From an uncultured Methanosarcinales archaeon (GTDB lineage Archaea; Nanobdellota; Nanobdellia; Woesearchaeales; WJKR01): a stretch of 64,000 bases of DNA. A program made the position numbers and the translations under genes. Numbering within the stretch: position 1 is the stretch's first letter; each line of letters starts with the position of its first letter. The DNA lies in NCBI GenBank assembly GCA_964556395.1, contig CAZKVR010000004.1:9025-73024 (forward strand). The letters are read 5' to 3'. The notes beneath the pieces were generated by a model. The model worked only from the letters and a program-made list of their open reading frames with translations. It was not told the DNA's origin and made no database searches. Shown here in pieces: positions 44,079-53,242 of the stretch.

Positions 44079-45832
44079 CGCCCGCCGCGCTGCTTACGAT
44101 ACGCAGCCTCGACCATGGACAACGTCGTCATATCATCCAAACCCCTATCATCACGGAGCTGGACGAACCGAGGGAAACGCAACGCAAAACCCGAAGAATA
44201 CGAAGGGCTCTTCTGGATCTCCTCGAACCGGACCTCGACGACGACCTCAGGCCGCACCGACACCTCACGACCCTCAGTAGACGTGATGAGAGGCTTGAGA
44301 CGGTCGGTGACCTCCTGGAACGTGATGCCATCCTCGGCAGCGTCCGCCTTCTCCTTGATGCCCGTCCCGAACCGACCAACCGTCACCAACTCCTCGTCGT
44401 GGTCGTCCCAGCAAGCCACGGTGAAAGACGTCAACCACCCGGAACGCTTGCCAGTCCCCCACTCAGCCCCGACGATGGCGAGGTCGAACGTGTCCAAGGA
44501 AGGCTTGAGCTTGAGCATGGTGCCGACACGGCTGCCAGGACGATAGACGCCGTCGAGGTTCTTCACCATCACCCCCTCGTTGCCTGCGTCGAGAGACTCC
44601 TTGTAGAACCGCTCAGCCACCTGGGATTTCTCGACGGACTCGTGACGGGCGAGGACGAGGGAGCGAGACTTCTCATCGACGATGGACTTCAAGAAAGACC
44701 AACGGTCGCGCAACGGCTTCTCCAGATACTCAGAACCGTCATGGTAGAGGACGTCGAACACCGCCACCTCGACGGGAAGCTTCTTCTCCAAGGTGGCGAT
44801 GTCATACTTCCGCCTGATACGCTGGCTGACCTCCTGGAACGGACGGTACGAGCCGGAGGACGGGTCGTAGCCGACGGCCTCGGCATCGAGTATGAACTCA
44901 CCACCCTTCACGTGCTTCCGGACAGCCCTCACCACGTCGGGAAACTGGGCCGTCACCTCCTCCAAGCGACGAGTGAACAGCCGCACGGAGCCATCCTCGA
45001 GCCCGTGCACCTGGAGACGAAAGCCATCGTACTTATATTCTATAGCGCAAGGAGTGCCGACCTTCTCGAAAGCCTCGTCGAAGCCGTCAGCCTTCTGGGC
45101 GAGCATGACCTTCAAAGGCTTGCCAGGCTCGATAGAGACCCTTTTCAGGCCGTCAAGACCCTTCTCCTTGGCGATCTTAGCGACCTTGCCGAAATCGTTG
45201 GAACGGTCGAGCGCCGCCTGGACCGCCGCGAGAGCGTCATCATACGTCTCACGAGCCTCACCCTCCAACGCCTCGTCAGGGCTCCGGTCGACGAGGAACG
45301 CCCACACCAACGAATCCCTAAGAGTCCCTTCAGCCACACCGACGCGGAGGTCTCCGATGACACTCCTGACGACGTACCGGGCCTCGACGCCACGGGCGCT
45401 GGACAACAACTGGGCGACGAGCTTCACCTTGAGGTCCTGGGCCCCCTTGCCCTCAGACGCCGCCACCTTACGCAAGTTATCGAAAACCCGAGCGACGGAG
45501 AGGTCCTCAGCAGTGAGGGTGGCCTGCGTCTTGCCAGCCACCAACTTCTCAGCCACCTTGCCGATATCCCCCAATTCACGCCACTCATCAACCACCCGCC
45601 TCTCAGAGGCGCCGGAAGAAGTGGAGATGGCCTTGACCACCAGCTTCTCAGAAAGCCCGAGGACGCGCTTGTCCCACAACGGGAAGACGCGACCCTGGAG
45701 CAAGAGGATGACCTGTTCCAAGTCATCAGCAGACGTCTGTCTCAGGAAGTCGGCGATGAGCCTAGTCTTCTCCAAACGCTTCGGCGTGGACTCCAACGAC
45801 TCGTACAAGCCAGCCAACTCCTTGTATAACAT
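44075..45832 (-). CDS. lig: ATP-dependent DNA ligase
   Basis: It has the KYDGFR adenylation motif (AIEYKYDGFRLQVH), an EGVMVK motif and an OB-fold C-terminus. The start is trimmed to MLYKELAG (45832), 28 nt from ATTTTATAC. Confidence 0.95.
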   Translation of the reverse strand: MLYKELAGLYESLESTPKRLEKTRLIADFLRQTSADDLEQVILLLQGRVFPLWDKRVLGLSEKLVVKAISTSSGASERRVVDEWRELGDIGKVAEKLVAGKTQATLTAEDLSVARVFDNLRKVAASEGKGAQDLKVKLVAQLLSSARGVEARYVVRSVIGDLRVGVAEGTLRDSLVWAFLVDRSPDEALEGEARETYDDALAAVQAALDRSNDFGKVAKIAKEKGLDGLKRVSIEPGKPLKVMLAQKADGFDEAFEKVGTPCAIEYKYDGFRLQVHGLEDGSVRLFTRRLEEVTAQFPDVVRAVRKHVKGGEFILDAEAVGYDPSSGSYRPFQEVSQRIRRKYDIATLEKKLPVEVAVFDVLYHDGSEYLEKPLRDRWSFLKSIVDEKSRSLVLARHESVEKSQVAERFYKESLDAGNEGVMVKNLDGVYRPGSRVGTMLKLKPSLDTFDLAIVGAEWGTGKRSGWLTSFTVACWDDHDEELVTVGRFGTGIKEKADAAEDGITFQEVTDRLKPLITSTEGREVSVRPEVVVEVRFEEIQKSPSYSSGFALRFPRFVQLRDDRGLDDMTTLSMVEAAYRKQRGGR

Positions 45833-45937
45833 ACTGCAGGCGGAGAGCGGAGAGTATAAAATACTTTTCCCAAAAACCAGAAGCCGTCCGGCAAGACGAC
45901 ACAAACTATATAAAACACAGCCCCGTCCACGAGAGCC

Positions 45938-47005
45938 ATGGGATTGTTCGAGGACGTCCTCAAAGGCGACGAGTCGCTCATCAGGAACGAGAACGCGCTG
46001 GACTACGAGTTCCTACCCAAGATACTGCCTTACAGGGAGCAAGAGCAGAAATACCTGGCGACATGCATCAAGCCATTGTTCCAGAAACGGTCCGGCAGGA
46101 ACCTCCTCATCCACGGACCCCCAGGCATCGGCAAGACCGCGGCGACAAGGTTCGTCCTGAGAGAGCTGGAAGAAGAGACCGACGACATCCACCCAGTCTA
46201 CGTGAACTGCTGGCAGCACAACACGACGTACAAAGTACTCTTGGAAATCTGCGAGCAGGTCGGCTACAAGTTCACCCAGAACAAGAAGACGACGGAACTC
46301 TACGACGTCGTCCAGAGAATAGTGAATAAAGGGGCAGCAGTCTTCGTCCTCGACGAGATCGACAAGGCGGAAGACTTCGACTTCCTCTACTTCATACTCG
46401 AAGAGGTGTTCCACAAGGCGATATTCCTCCTCACCAACTACAAGAGCTGGCTCGTGGAACTGGACGAGCGGATCAAGAGCCGGCTCACGCCCGAGATGAT
46501 CGAGTTCAAACAATACACCGAGACCGAGACGAGAGGCATCCTGAAAGAACGACTGGACTACGCCTTCGCACCAGGCGCGTGGGAGGACAAGGCCTTGGAG
46601 ATGGTGGTCCAGAAGACAGCCAGCCTGAAAGACATACGGTCAGGACTCTTCCTCATGCGGGAAGCGGCACTCCAGGCGGAAGACCAGAGCAAGAAAAGAA
46701 TCCAACCAGAAGACGTGGAGAAGGCCATCAAGAAGCTCGACGACTTCACCGTCAAGAACTCTGCAGAGCTCGCGGCGGACGAGCAACTCATCCTCAAGAC
46801 CATCAAAGCCAACCCTGAAAGCAGGATCGGAGAGGTCTACAAGCAGTACAAGAAAGCAGGCGGGGCGGCGAGCTACAAGACCTTCCAACGAAAGATAAAA
46901 AAACTGGAGGAAGGCAAGTTCATCAGCGCGGAGAAGACGATGGGAGGCACGGAAGGCAACACGACCATCATCCGCCAAGGGAGCAAGAAGCTCACAGACT
47001 ACTAG
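45938..47005 (+). CDS. cdc6: Orc1/Cdc6 replication initiator
   Basis: It has Walker A (HGPPGIGKTAA), Walker B (VFVLDEID) and a C-terminal winged helix. An ACTATATAAAAC box lies 28 nt upstream. Confidence 0.95.
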   Translation: MGLFEDVLKGDESLIRNENALDYEFLPKILPYREQEQKYLATCIKPLFQKRSGRNLLIHGPPGIGKTAATRFVLRELEEETDDIHPVYVNCWQHNTTYKVLLEICEQVGYKFTQNKKTTELYDVVQRIVNKGAAVFVLDEIDKAEDFDFLYFILEEVFHKAIFLLTNYKSWLVELDERIKSRLTPEMIEFKQYTETETRGILKERLDYAFAPGAWEDKALEMVVQKTASLKDIRSGLFLMREAALQAEDQSKKRIQPEDVEKAIKKLDDFTVKNSAELAADEQLILKTIKANPESRIGEVYKQYKKAGGAASYKTFQRKIKKLEEGKFISAEKTMGGTEGNTTIIRQGSKKLTDY

Positions 47006-47194
47006 CCGAACAGATTCTAGGTCCTGAGACCACTGGACACATATTTTCACCACGAACGAAGCGCTGAGACAGCCCCAGAACAACCCTCACCCCAGCACAA
47101 CACTTCTACCGCCCAAATTCTCACACCCACTGGACAACCGCCGTCGCCGACTATAAAAACCACTACGATAATGACAGGGGTAGAGGTGATACGG

Positions 47195-47323
47195 ATGCAT
47201 AACGACCCCGCATACATCAAGGACGTGACGTTCAACCAGATACGCATGCTCACGCAAGCCAGCCAAGCACGGCTGGAGAGCTTCGACCGGCAGTTCAGCG
47301 GCTGCATGGAGGTGATGGCATGA
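47195..47323 (+). CDS. Micro-ORF A (42 aa), first of a coupled trio
   Basis: It translates as MHNDPAYIKDVTFNQIRMLTQASQARLESFDRQFSGCMEVMA, with strong G/C third-position bias. A CTATAAAAAC box lies at 47151-47160 and GAGGTGAT precedes the ATG. Confidence 0.55.
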   Translation: MHNDPAYIKDVTFNQIRMLTQASQARLESFDRQFSGCMEVMA

Positions 47324-47451
47324 GACTGCACGACGAGGACGGGCGGTACACGTACTACGCCGAGCAAGTCGCGACGTTCATGGCGCAGCACGACCTGATA
47401 GGAGAGGACGAGAAGTCAGAATTCGCACAGTACATCAGGGGGTGCGCCTAA
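47320..47451 (+). CDS. Micro-ORF B (43 aa)
   Basis: It translates as MRLHDEDGRYTYYAEQVATFMAQHDLIGEDEKSEFAQYIRGCA. Its ATG overlaps the stop of ORF A (ATGA). Codon bias is host-like. Confidence 0.55.
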   Translation: MRLHDEDGRYTYYAEQVATFMAQHDLIGEDEKSEFAQYIRGCA

Positions 47452-47452
47452 G

Positions 47453-47587
47453 ATGAGGTTCAAGAAACGAGAGGACGAATTCATGAGCTGGGAGGACTAC
47501 GCGCGGCGGAAAGCCATGCTCGAACTGCACGACTGGCAGCAAGCGACGAGGAGGCAGACGCTCAGGAACATGGCCACCGAAGCGTGA
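47453..47587 (+). CDS. Micro-ORF C (44 aa)
   Basis: It translates as MRFKKREDEFMSWEDYARRKAMLELHDWQQATRRQTLRNMATEA. Its ATG lies one nt after the stop of ORF B (TAAGATG). Codon bias is host-like. Confidence 0.55.
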   Translation: MRFKKREDEFMSWEDYARRKAMLELHDWQQATRRQTLRNMATEA

Positions 47588-47628
47588 AAGCACTACTTTT
47601 TTATATCACTCCACCTTCCCCGGAAACC

Positions 47629-48225
47629 ATGAGGGTGCTCAACAAAGAGGAACTGGAACAAGACAAGCCGAAAATTCTCAAAAGCCTCAAGAAAAGCGTG
47701 TTCATCTACCCGACGGACAGCATCTACGGGCTCGGCTGCGACGCCACCAACCCAGACCTCGTCCAGCAAGTCCGTGAAGCGAAGAACAGCACCCTCCAAC
47801 CATTCAGCGTCATCGCACCGAGCAAGGAATGGATCCTAGAACACTGCGAAGTCCCGCCGCACGCCAAGGACTGGGTGGACCAGCTGGGAAGCCTGGTCGA
47901 GATCGACGGCGAGCCGAAAGCGGTCAGCCTCATCCTCAAGCTCAAGAACAAGGACGCGGTCGCGCCGAACGTGACGCAAGGCAAGGAGACCCTCTCGGTC
48001 AGGATACCGGATCACTGGTTCAGCGACGTCGTCGCAGAGATGGGCATACCCGTCATCACGACATCCGCCAACCCCACCGGCGGCGACTTCATGACGAACA
48101 AGGACAACCTCCACCCACGCGTGAAGAAGCACGCGGAGTACTGCATCTACGAAGGCGAGAAAGAAGGAAACCCCTCAACCCTCGTACACCTCCACCAGGA
48201 AGCGGTGGACATCAAGCAGCGGTGA
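47629..48225 (+). CDS. YrdC/YciO-family (TsaC-like) protein without a Sua5 C-terminal domain
   Basis: It has YPTDSIYGLGCDATN and TTSANPTGG motifs. The start is moved to MRVLNKEE (47629), 26 nt from the TTTTTTATAT box. Confidence 0.8.
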   Translation: MRVLNKEELEQDKPKILKSLKKSVFIYPTDSIYGLGCDATNPDLVQQVREAKNSTLQPFSVIAPSKEWILEHCEVPPHAKDWVDQLGSLVEIDGEPKAVSLILKLKNKDAVAPNVTQGKETLSVRIPDHWFSDVVAEMGIPVITTSANPTGGDFMTNKDNLHPRVKKHAEYCIYEGEKEGNPSTLVHLHQEAVDIKQR

Positions 48226-48244
48226 AACGACCACGAACAGCAAA

Positions 48245-48649
48245 ATGAGCTGCGAAAGGCCCCACGTCGGCATCGGAGTCCTCATCACGGACGAAGAAGG
48301 ACGAGTCCTCATGATACGACGGCAAGGAAGCCACGGCGAAGGCACGTGGAGCTTCCCCGGCGGCAAGCTCGAAACAGGAGAACGATGGGAGGACTGCGCC
48401 AAGCGCGAAACGAGAGAGGAAGTCCGCCTCGACATCGACGGCGTGGAATACATGACGGCGACGAACGACGTCTTCCCGGAAGGGCCGCACTACATCACCC
48501 TCTTCGTCAAAGCCAACGAGTTCTCAGGAACACCAAGCATCGGAGAACCCGACAAGGCGACAGACATAGGATGGTTCCACTGGGACGAACTGCCAGAACA
48601 AGTGTTCCTACCCATCAGGAACCTCAAGGAACAAGGATTCAACCCTTGA
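48245..48649 (+). CDS. NUDIX hydrolase
   Basis: The Nudix box GGKLETGERWEDCAKRETREEVRL is present. Confidence 0.9.
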   Translation: MSCERPHVGIGVLITDEEGRVLMIRRQGSHGEGTWSFPGGKLETGERWEDCAKRETREEVRLDIDGVEYMTATNDVFPEGPHYITLFVKANEFSGTPSIGEPDKATDIGWFHWDELPEQVFLPIRNLKEQGFNP

Positions 48650-50078
48650 CCACACCGAGCGGGACGACCTTGACGACGAGGTTGCCGATGCCAGCGTCGT
48701 GAGACACCTTGACCACCTCGTCGACATCCTTGTAAGCCTTAGGAGCCTCCTCGGACACGCCACGCCACGAAGCCGCCTTGACGTAGATCTTCTTCTCCTC
48801 GAGCTCGCGACGGACGTCCTCGCCACGCCAGCTCTGATTGGCCTGCTTGCGAGACATGAGACGTCCGGCGCCGTGAGCCGTACTCCCGAACGACTCAGCC
48901 ATCCCCTTCTCGGTACCGACGAGGACGTACGAAGAAGTACCCATCGAACCAGGGATGAGGATAGGCTGACCCACATCACGGTACGCCTCGGGCACGTCAA
49001 GGTGGCCGGGCGGGAACGCCCTCGTCGCACCCTTACGGTGCACCCACACCTTCCGCTTCTCGCCATCGATGACGTGCTCCTCCAACTTGGCGATGTTATG
49101 AGCCACGTCATACATCGTCCGGACCTCGGTCTCAGCGCCGAAGACCTCCTGCAACCCCTCACGAACCCAATGCCCTATCATGTGGCGGTTCGCCCAAGCG
49201 AAGTTGGCGGCGGCGCACATCGCGGCGAAGTAATCCGACGCGAGCTGGCTCTTGGCAGGCGCGTAGATGAGGTCCTTCTCGGGCAGCTCCGCCATGACCT
49301 CAGGGAACGACTCCTCCATGCGACGGAGGTAGTCGGAACACACCTGGTGGCCGAGGCCACGGGAGCCGCAGTGGATCATGACGACGACCTGGTCCTTACG
49401 GGTGAAGCCGAACGCCTTCGCAGTAGCCTCGTCGAAGACCTCCTCGACGGTCTGGACCTCGAGGAAATGGTTGCCGGCACCGAGAGTGCCGAGCTGTTTG
49501 CGGCCACGAGCCTTCGCCCGTGGCGAGACCTTGCGCGGATCCGACAACCCCTCGAGAGAGCCGTTCTCCTCGCAATGCTCGAGGTCATCCACAACGCCAT
49601 ACCCTTGGGAGACGCACCACGAAGCCCCCTTGCGGAGGACCTCGTCGACCTGGGAGTCATTGAGCCGGAGCCGGGACTGGCCGCCCACACCGGACGGGAC
49701 CTTCTCGAACAAGACGTCGAGGAGCTCCCGGATACGCGGCTCGACGTCACTCCGCGTCAAGTCCGTCGTGAGGAGCCGTACGCCGCAGTTGATGTCGAAG
49801 CCGATACCGCCCGGGCTGATACACCCCTCCTCGGCGTCGATGGCGGCGACGCCGCCGATGCTGAAGCCGTAGCCCTGGTGGGCGTCAGGCATCATGATAC
49901 TCTTGCCGTAGATACCCGGGAGGCACGCCACGTTGACGCCCTGCTGGAGGGAGTTGTCCTGCCGCATCTTCTCGATGAGAGGCTCGGAAGCGAAGATCTT
50001 GACAGGGACTTTCATCTTGCCGTTCTTGGGAATCTCGTAGGAATAATCGTTCAATTTGCGGACGTCCATGATATGCAC
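48639..50078 (-). CDS. rtcB: RNA-splicing ligase RtcB
   Basis: It has MPDAHQGYGFSIGG, GIGFDINCG and HCGSRGLGHQV motifs. The ATG at 50069 is an alternative to the GTG at 50078. Confidence 0.95.
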   Translation of the reverse strand: MHIMDVRKLNDYSYEIPKNGKMKVPVKIFASEPLIEKMRQDNSLQQGVNVACLPGIYGKSIMMPDAHQGYGFSIGGVAAIDAEEGCISPGGIGFDINCGVRLLTTDLTRSDVEPRIRELLDVLFEKVPSGVGGQSRLRLNDSQVDEVLRKGASWCVSQGYGVVDDLEHCEENGSLEGLSDPRKVSPRAKARGRKQLGTLGAGNHFLEVQTVEEVFDEATAKAFGFTRKDQVVVMIHCGSRGLGHQVCSDYLRRMEESFPEVMAELPEKDLIYAPAKSQLASDYFAAMCAAANFAWANRHMIGHWVREGLQEVFGAETEVRTMYDVAHNIAKLEEHVIDGEKRKVWVHRKGATRAFPPGHLDVPEAYRDVGQPILIPGSMGTSSYVLVGTEKGMAESFGSTAHGAGRLMSRKQANQSWRGEDVRRELEEKKIYVKAASWRGVSEEAPKAYKDVDEVVKVSHDAGIGNLVVKVVPLGVVKG

Positions 50079-50116
50079 CGAGGAGGACGAACATGAAGGC
50101 GTTTAAATATGTTTCT

Positions 50117-50542
50117 TCAGATGTCGAGGACTGCCTGGATGAAGAACACCCCACCCTCCTCGCCGAGCAGCATCTCATGATAGGTGGGAGCCTTGATGTC
50201 ACCCTCCACCTCGTAAGACGAGATGTCAGCATCCCCCTGCAACGTCACGGAAGCCTCCAAGGACCCGTCCTTCTCAGACACGGACAACGACGACACCTCA
50301 CGGCACAGGAACCCCTCGGTATCCAGCAAGAACAACAACTCCTCGAACACGTCGTACACCAAGGACTCCCGCTTGGACGACGAGACGGTGAACGACCGCT
50401 CAGACCTCGAAGCAACCTTCTCCGTATCCGTGATGACGTTGTAGACGGCCAGGACGGCGTTGGACAACGCCTCCTCGAAATCCTTGCCGTAAGCCCGGAA
50501 CATGACGTCAGCCGTGTGGTCGAAGTACTCGAAACGCTCCAT
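50117..50542 (-). CDS. Archease (RtcB activator)
   Basis: It begins MERFEYFDHTADVMFRAYG. It is 141 aa and lies directly upstream of rtcB. Confidence 0.9.
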   Translation of the reverse strand: MERFEYFDHTADVMFRAYGKDFEEALSNAVLAVYNVITDTEKVASRSERSFTVSSSKRESLVYDVFEELLFLLDTEGFLCREVSSLSVSEKDGSLEASVTLQGDADISSYEVEGDIKAPTYHEMLLGEEGGVFFIQAVLDI

Positions 50543-50578
50543 AAGAGAGAAGAGGAAGAGAGGGAAATAAAAAGGTAT

Positions 50579-50872
50579 CTAGTAAGGCACGATCTCGATA
50601 CGCTCCGGAGAGCCATCACCGGAATCCTCGGGAGAACGGTCATCAGACCCCTCAGAAGAGGACTCCTGCGAAGAGGGACCGGAAGACTGGCCGTCATTGC
50701 CGAACATGCCGAAAAGCCCCGGCTGCGGCGCAGGCTCGGAAGAAGGCTGGCCGGAAGAGCCCACACCCACCCCTGACGAGTCAGAGTAACCCTCCAAGAA
50801 ACCTTTCAAGAACTCGACAGCCCTACGGATGTCATCCTTCGAATCCCGCTTCGTATCAATCGTGATCTCCAT
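50579..50872 (-). CDS. Small protein with a structured N-terminus and a long S/G/P/E-rich disordered tail
   Basis: MEITIDTKRDSKDDIRRAVEFLKGFLE is followed by low-complexity sequence ending RIEIVPY. The start overlaps the upstream radical SAM gene by 17 nt. Confidence 0.45.
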   Translation of the reverse strand: MEITIDTKRDSKDDIRRAVEFLKGFLEGYSDSSGVGVGSSGQPSSEPAPQPGLFGMFGNDGQSSGPSSQESSSEGSDDRSPEDSGDGSPERIEIVPY

Positions 50873-52028
50873 GGTCAAGCCTCCGCAACACCTCAGCCTC
50901 CACGAGGAAGCAATCATGCGTCGGGTACTCCTTCACCAACGCCACGGTGGTATTTAACTCTTCCGCAGCAGCCTCGGCCACGGACGTGGTGGTGAGGAGC
51001 CGCAACCGGTCACGGTCCAAGGCTACAAGCTCTTCCGGGACGCCCCACTCGTCGAGGAGCAAGCGTCGCAACGACTCCAAGCGCTTCAAAGAAGACCTCT
51101 TCTCATGCTCAGACAATCCTTCCAAAGACTCGCCATACCCCTCGTCAGCGATGGACACCACGTCGTAGATAGCACCCCTCGTGAGCAAGCCCTCGTCATC
51201 CACGGCGTCGTAAGGGGCCGCGGCCCGCTCAGCCCGGCGCTTCAGACGCGTCGCGAGCTGGACGGCATCCTTGGACTTCGCGGTGCAGAGGTGGGCCGAC
51301 AACCCCAAGGAGGAGGCGAGCCCCAAGAGCTCCTGGCCGAGCTCGACGCTACCCTTCACGCCGTAGCTGAGAGAATCCTTAGGCTCGAAGTGCTTGCCGG
51401 CCCGTTCGAAGACCTCGTTGTCGGCGTACTCGAACTCGTTCAGGTTGATGAAATCGACTGCGTCGTGCTCGGCGAGGTACTGCAACAGCTTTTTCAGATT
51501 CTCCACGTGCTCGGGGATGACAGGGACCTCGACGCCGACAGCCCAAGAATACTCTCTGGCGAGGAGGAGCCGCTCCCACTCGCGGTCGTCATCAAGGCGT
51601 GGGTGGAACCGGATCTCGTCCAAGCCAGCGTCGGCCAACCGCCGCAAGGAGGACTCGCCGACGCGCAACAGAGGAGTATAAAGGTGTATGTGGAAATCCT
51701 CACCAAACTTTTCCTTGAACAACCGGATGTACTCGACGGTGCGATCCAGCACGGCGAGAGGATCGCCGCCCGTGACGCCGGCGCCGGTCGCCCGCATGAG
51801 ACGCGCCTCCTCCAAGACATCCTCTTCAGAAGACACCTCCCACTCATTGGCAAAGGTGACGTCGCGCATGTTCTTCGCATCAGAGACCGGACAGTACGGG
51901 CAACCGTTCCCGCACACGCCAGTGACGAAGAGTACGAGCTTCTCGCCACGGACGCAACGCTTGCAACCCTCCGCCAACTCTCCGGAAGCGGTCTTCCAAT
52001 TGCAATGTCCGGTCTCGACGAAAGCCAT
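50856..52028 (-). CDS. Radical SAM protein (PflA-related, COG2108-like)
   Basis: It has a CGNGCPYC cluster motif preceded by a Cys-rich N-terminus (HCNW..CKRC). Confidence 0.75.
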   Translation of the reverse strand: MAFVETGHCNWKTASGELAEGCKRCVRGEKLVLFVTGVCGNGCPYCPVSDAKNMRDVTFANEWEVSSEEDVLEEARLMRATGAGVTGGDPLAVLDRTVEYIRLFKEKFGEDFHIHLYTPLLRVGESSLRRLADAGLDEIRFHPRLDDDREWERLLLAREYSWAVGVEVPVIPEHVENLKKLLQYLAEHDAVDFINLNEFEYADNEVFERAGKHFEPKDSLSYGVKGSVELGQELLGLASSLGLSAHLCTAKSKDAVQLATRLKRRAERAAAPYDAVDDEGLLTRGAIYDVVSIADEGYGESLEGLSEHEKRSSLKRLESLRRLLLDEWGVPEELVALDRDRLRLLTTTSVAEAAAEELNTTVALVKEYPTHDCFLVEAEVLRRLDHGDHD

Positions 52029-52034
52029 GGTGAA

Positions 52035-52793
52035 TCACAGGAACAAGCGCTGATAGTTCATGAAGAGGACGTTCGCCACCTCTGAAGGGTCCATGCCCTT
52101 GAGCTCGGCGACCTTCTCGACGGCGATCCTGACGTTGCGCGGGTCGTTACGCTCACCCCTGACAGGGCCGAGGTAGGGGCTGTCGGTCTCTGTCAAGAGC
52201 TGCTTGAGCGGGACGTGCCTGACAAGCCACTGGAGCTGCTCGAGCTTCGCCACGGTGACGGGGACGCTGAACGAATACCCGAGCCCGGCGGCGCGCTCCA
52301 CGAGACGCTTCTTACCCATGAAGCAATGCAGCACGACCTTGGACGCCCCTTCCTCCTCGAGGATGTCGAGGACGTCCTCCTCAGCCTTGCGCGAATGCAC
52401 GATGATAGGGACGTCGAGCTCTTTCGCCAGGCGTATGAACTCGCGGAACGCCTCCTGCTGGACGTCCTCGTGGCAGTCGCCATCCTCGCCGCACTCCTTG
52501 TAATCCAGGCCGACCTCGCCGAGAGCGACGGGCGCCTCACGCCTCATCACGTCAAGCTCAGCCCTGACAGCCCCCAAGCCGTCCTCCCAGACATGGACCG
52601 GGTAGTAGCCCAAGGCGGGCTTGACGATACCGTACTCGCGCGACAGCCTGATGACGTGGCGGTTGCTCTCAGGACCAATACCATTGGCCACGACCGCCTT
52701 GACGCCGGCAGCCTCACAACCTTCGAGGACCTCGTCCAGGTCGTCGTGGAAGTCGTCGAAATCCAGGTGTGCGTGCACGTCGAACAAAATCAT
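52035..52793 (-). CDS. tatD: TatD-family metal-dependent hydrolase
   Basis: It has MILFDVHAHLDF, GEVGLDY, VHSR and TDSPYL motifs. The start is at the ATG at 52793, 29 nt from GGTTTAAAAG. Confidence 0.9.
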   Translation of the reverse strand: MILFDVHAHLDFDDFHDDLDEVLEGCEAAGVKAVVANGIGPESNRHVIRLSREYGIVKPALGYYPVHVWEDGLGAVRAELDVMRREAPVALGEVGLDYKECGEDGDCHEDVQQEAFREFIRLAKELDVPIIVHSRKAEEDVLDILEEEGASKVVLHCFMGKKRLVERAAGLGYSFSVPVTVAKLEQLQWLVRHVPLKQLLTETDSPYLGPVRGERNDPRNVRIAVEKVAELKGMDPSEVANVLFMNYQRLFL

Positions 52794-52846
52794 CAAGGAA
52801 GAAACCAAGAACTATCTTTTAAACCTTTTCCAGCAACAAAAAAAAC

Positions 52847-53236
52847 CTACTTCTCGCGACGCATCTTCTTGAAGCTCTCGGCCAGGTCGACCATGTACTT
52901 GCCGTCCTCAAGCTTGTAGATGAGCGGCTGCTTCTGCTGGAACAAGTTGACCAGGTCGAGCTCGTACTGGCCGGGCTTGAGGATCTTCACGCTCTCCAGG
53001 TCGAGGATGACGGGCTGGTCCTCCTCGGAGCGGGCGCCGATGATCTCGAACACGTCCTTCTCGATCCGCTCCTTATCCTGCTTGGAAAGCTTGAGCTTCT
53101 CGACCTCCTTCTTGGCGTCCTCGAGCTTCTCCTTCTTCACGTAGAAGAACAACCGCCCGCCGCAAGAGCAACCCTTGAGTATCTCGGAAGCACCGTCGTC
53201 GTAGAACGTGCCGCATTTGACGCATTGATGAGGAAT
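52847..53236 (-). CDS. Zn-ribbon protein (DUF2072/OapC-like), start codon unresolved
   Basis: The frame is open from 53242 and reads Y V I PHQCVKCGTFYDDGASEILKGCSCGGRLFFYVKKEKLED.... The CxxC...CxC ribbon lies upstream of the track's TTG start at 53152. No ATG, GTG or TTG is in frame before it, so ATT at 53236 is the nearest near-cognate start. Confidence 0.6.
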   Translation of the reverse strand: MPHQCVKCGTFYDDGASEILKGCSCGGRLFFYVKKEKLEDAKKEVEKLKLSKQDKERIEKDVFEIIGARSEEDQPVILDLESVKILKPGQYELDLVNLFQQKQPLIYKLEDGKYMVDLAESFKKMRREK

Positions 53237-53242
53237 GACATA

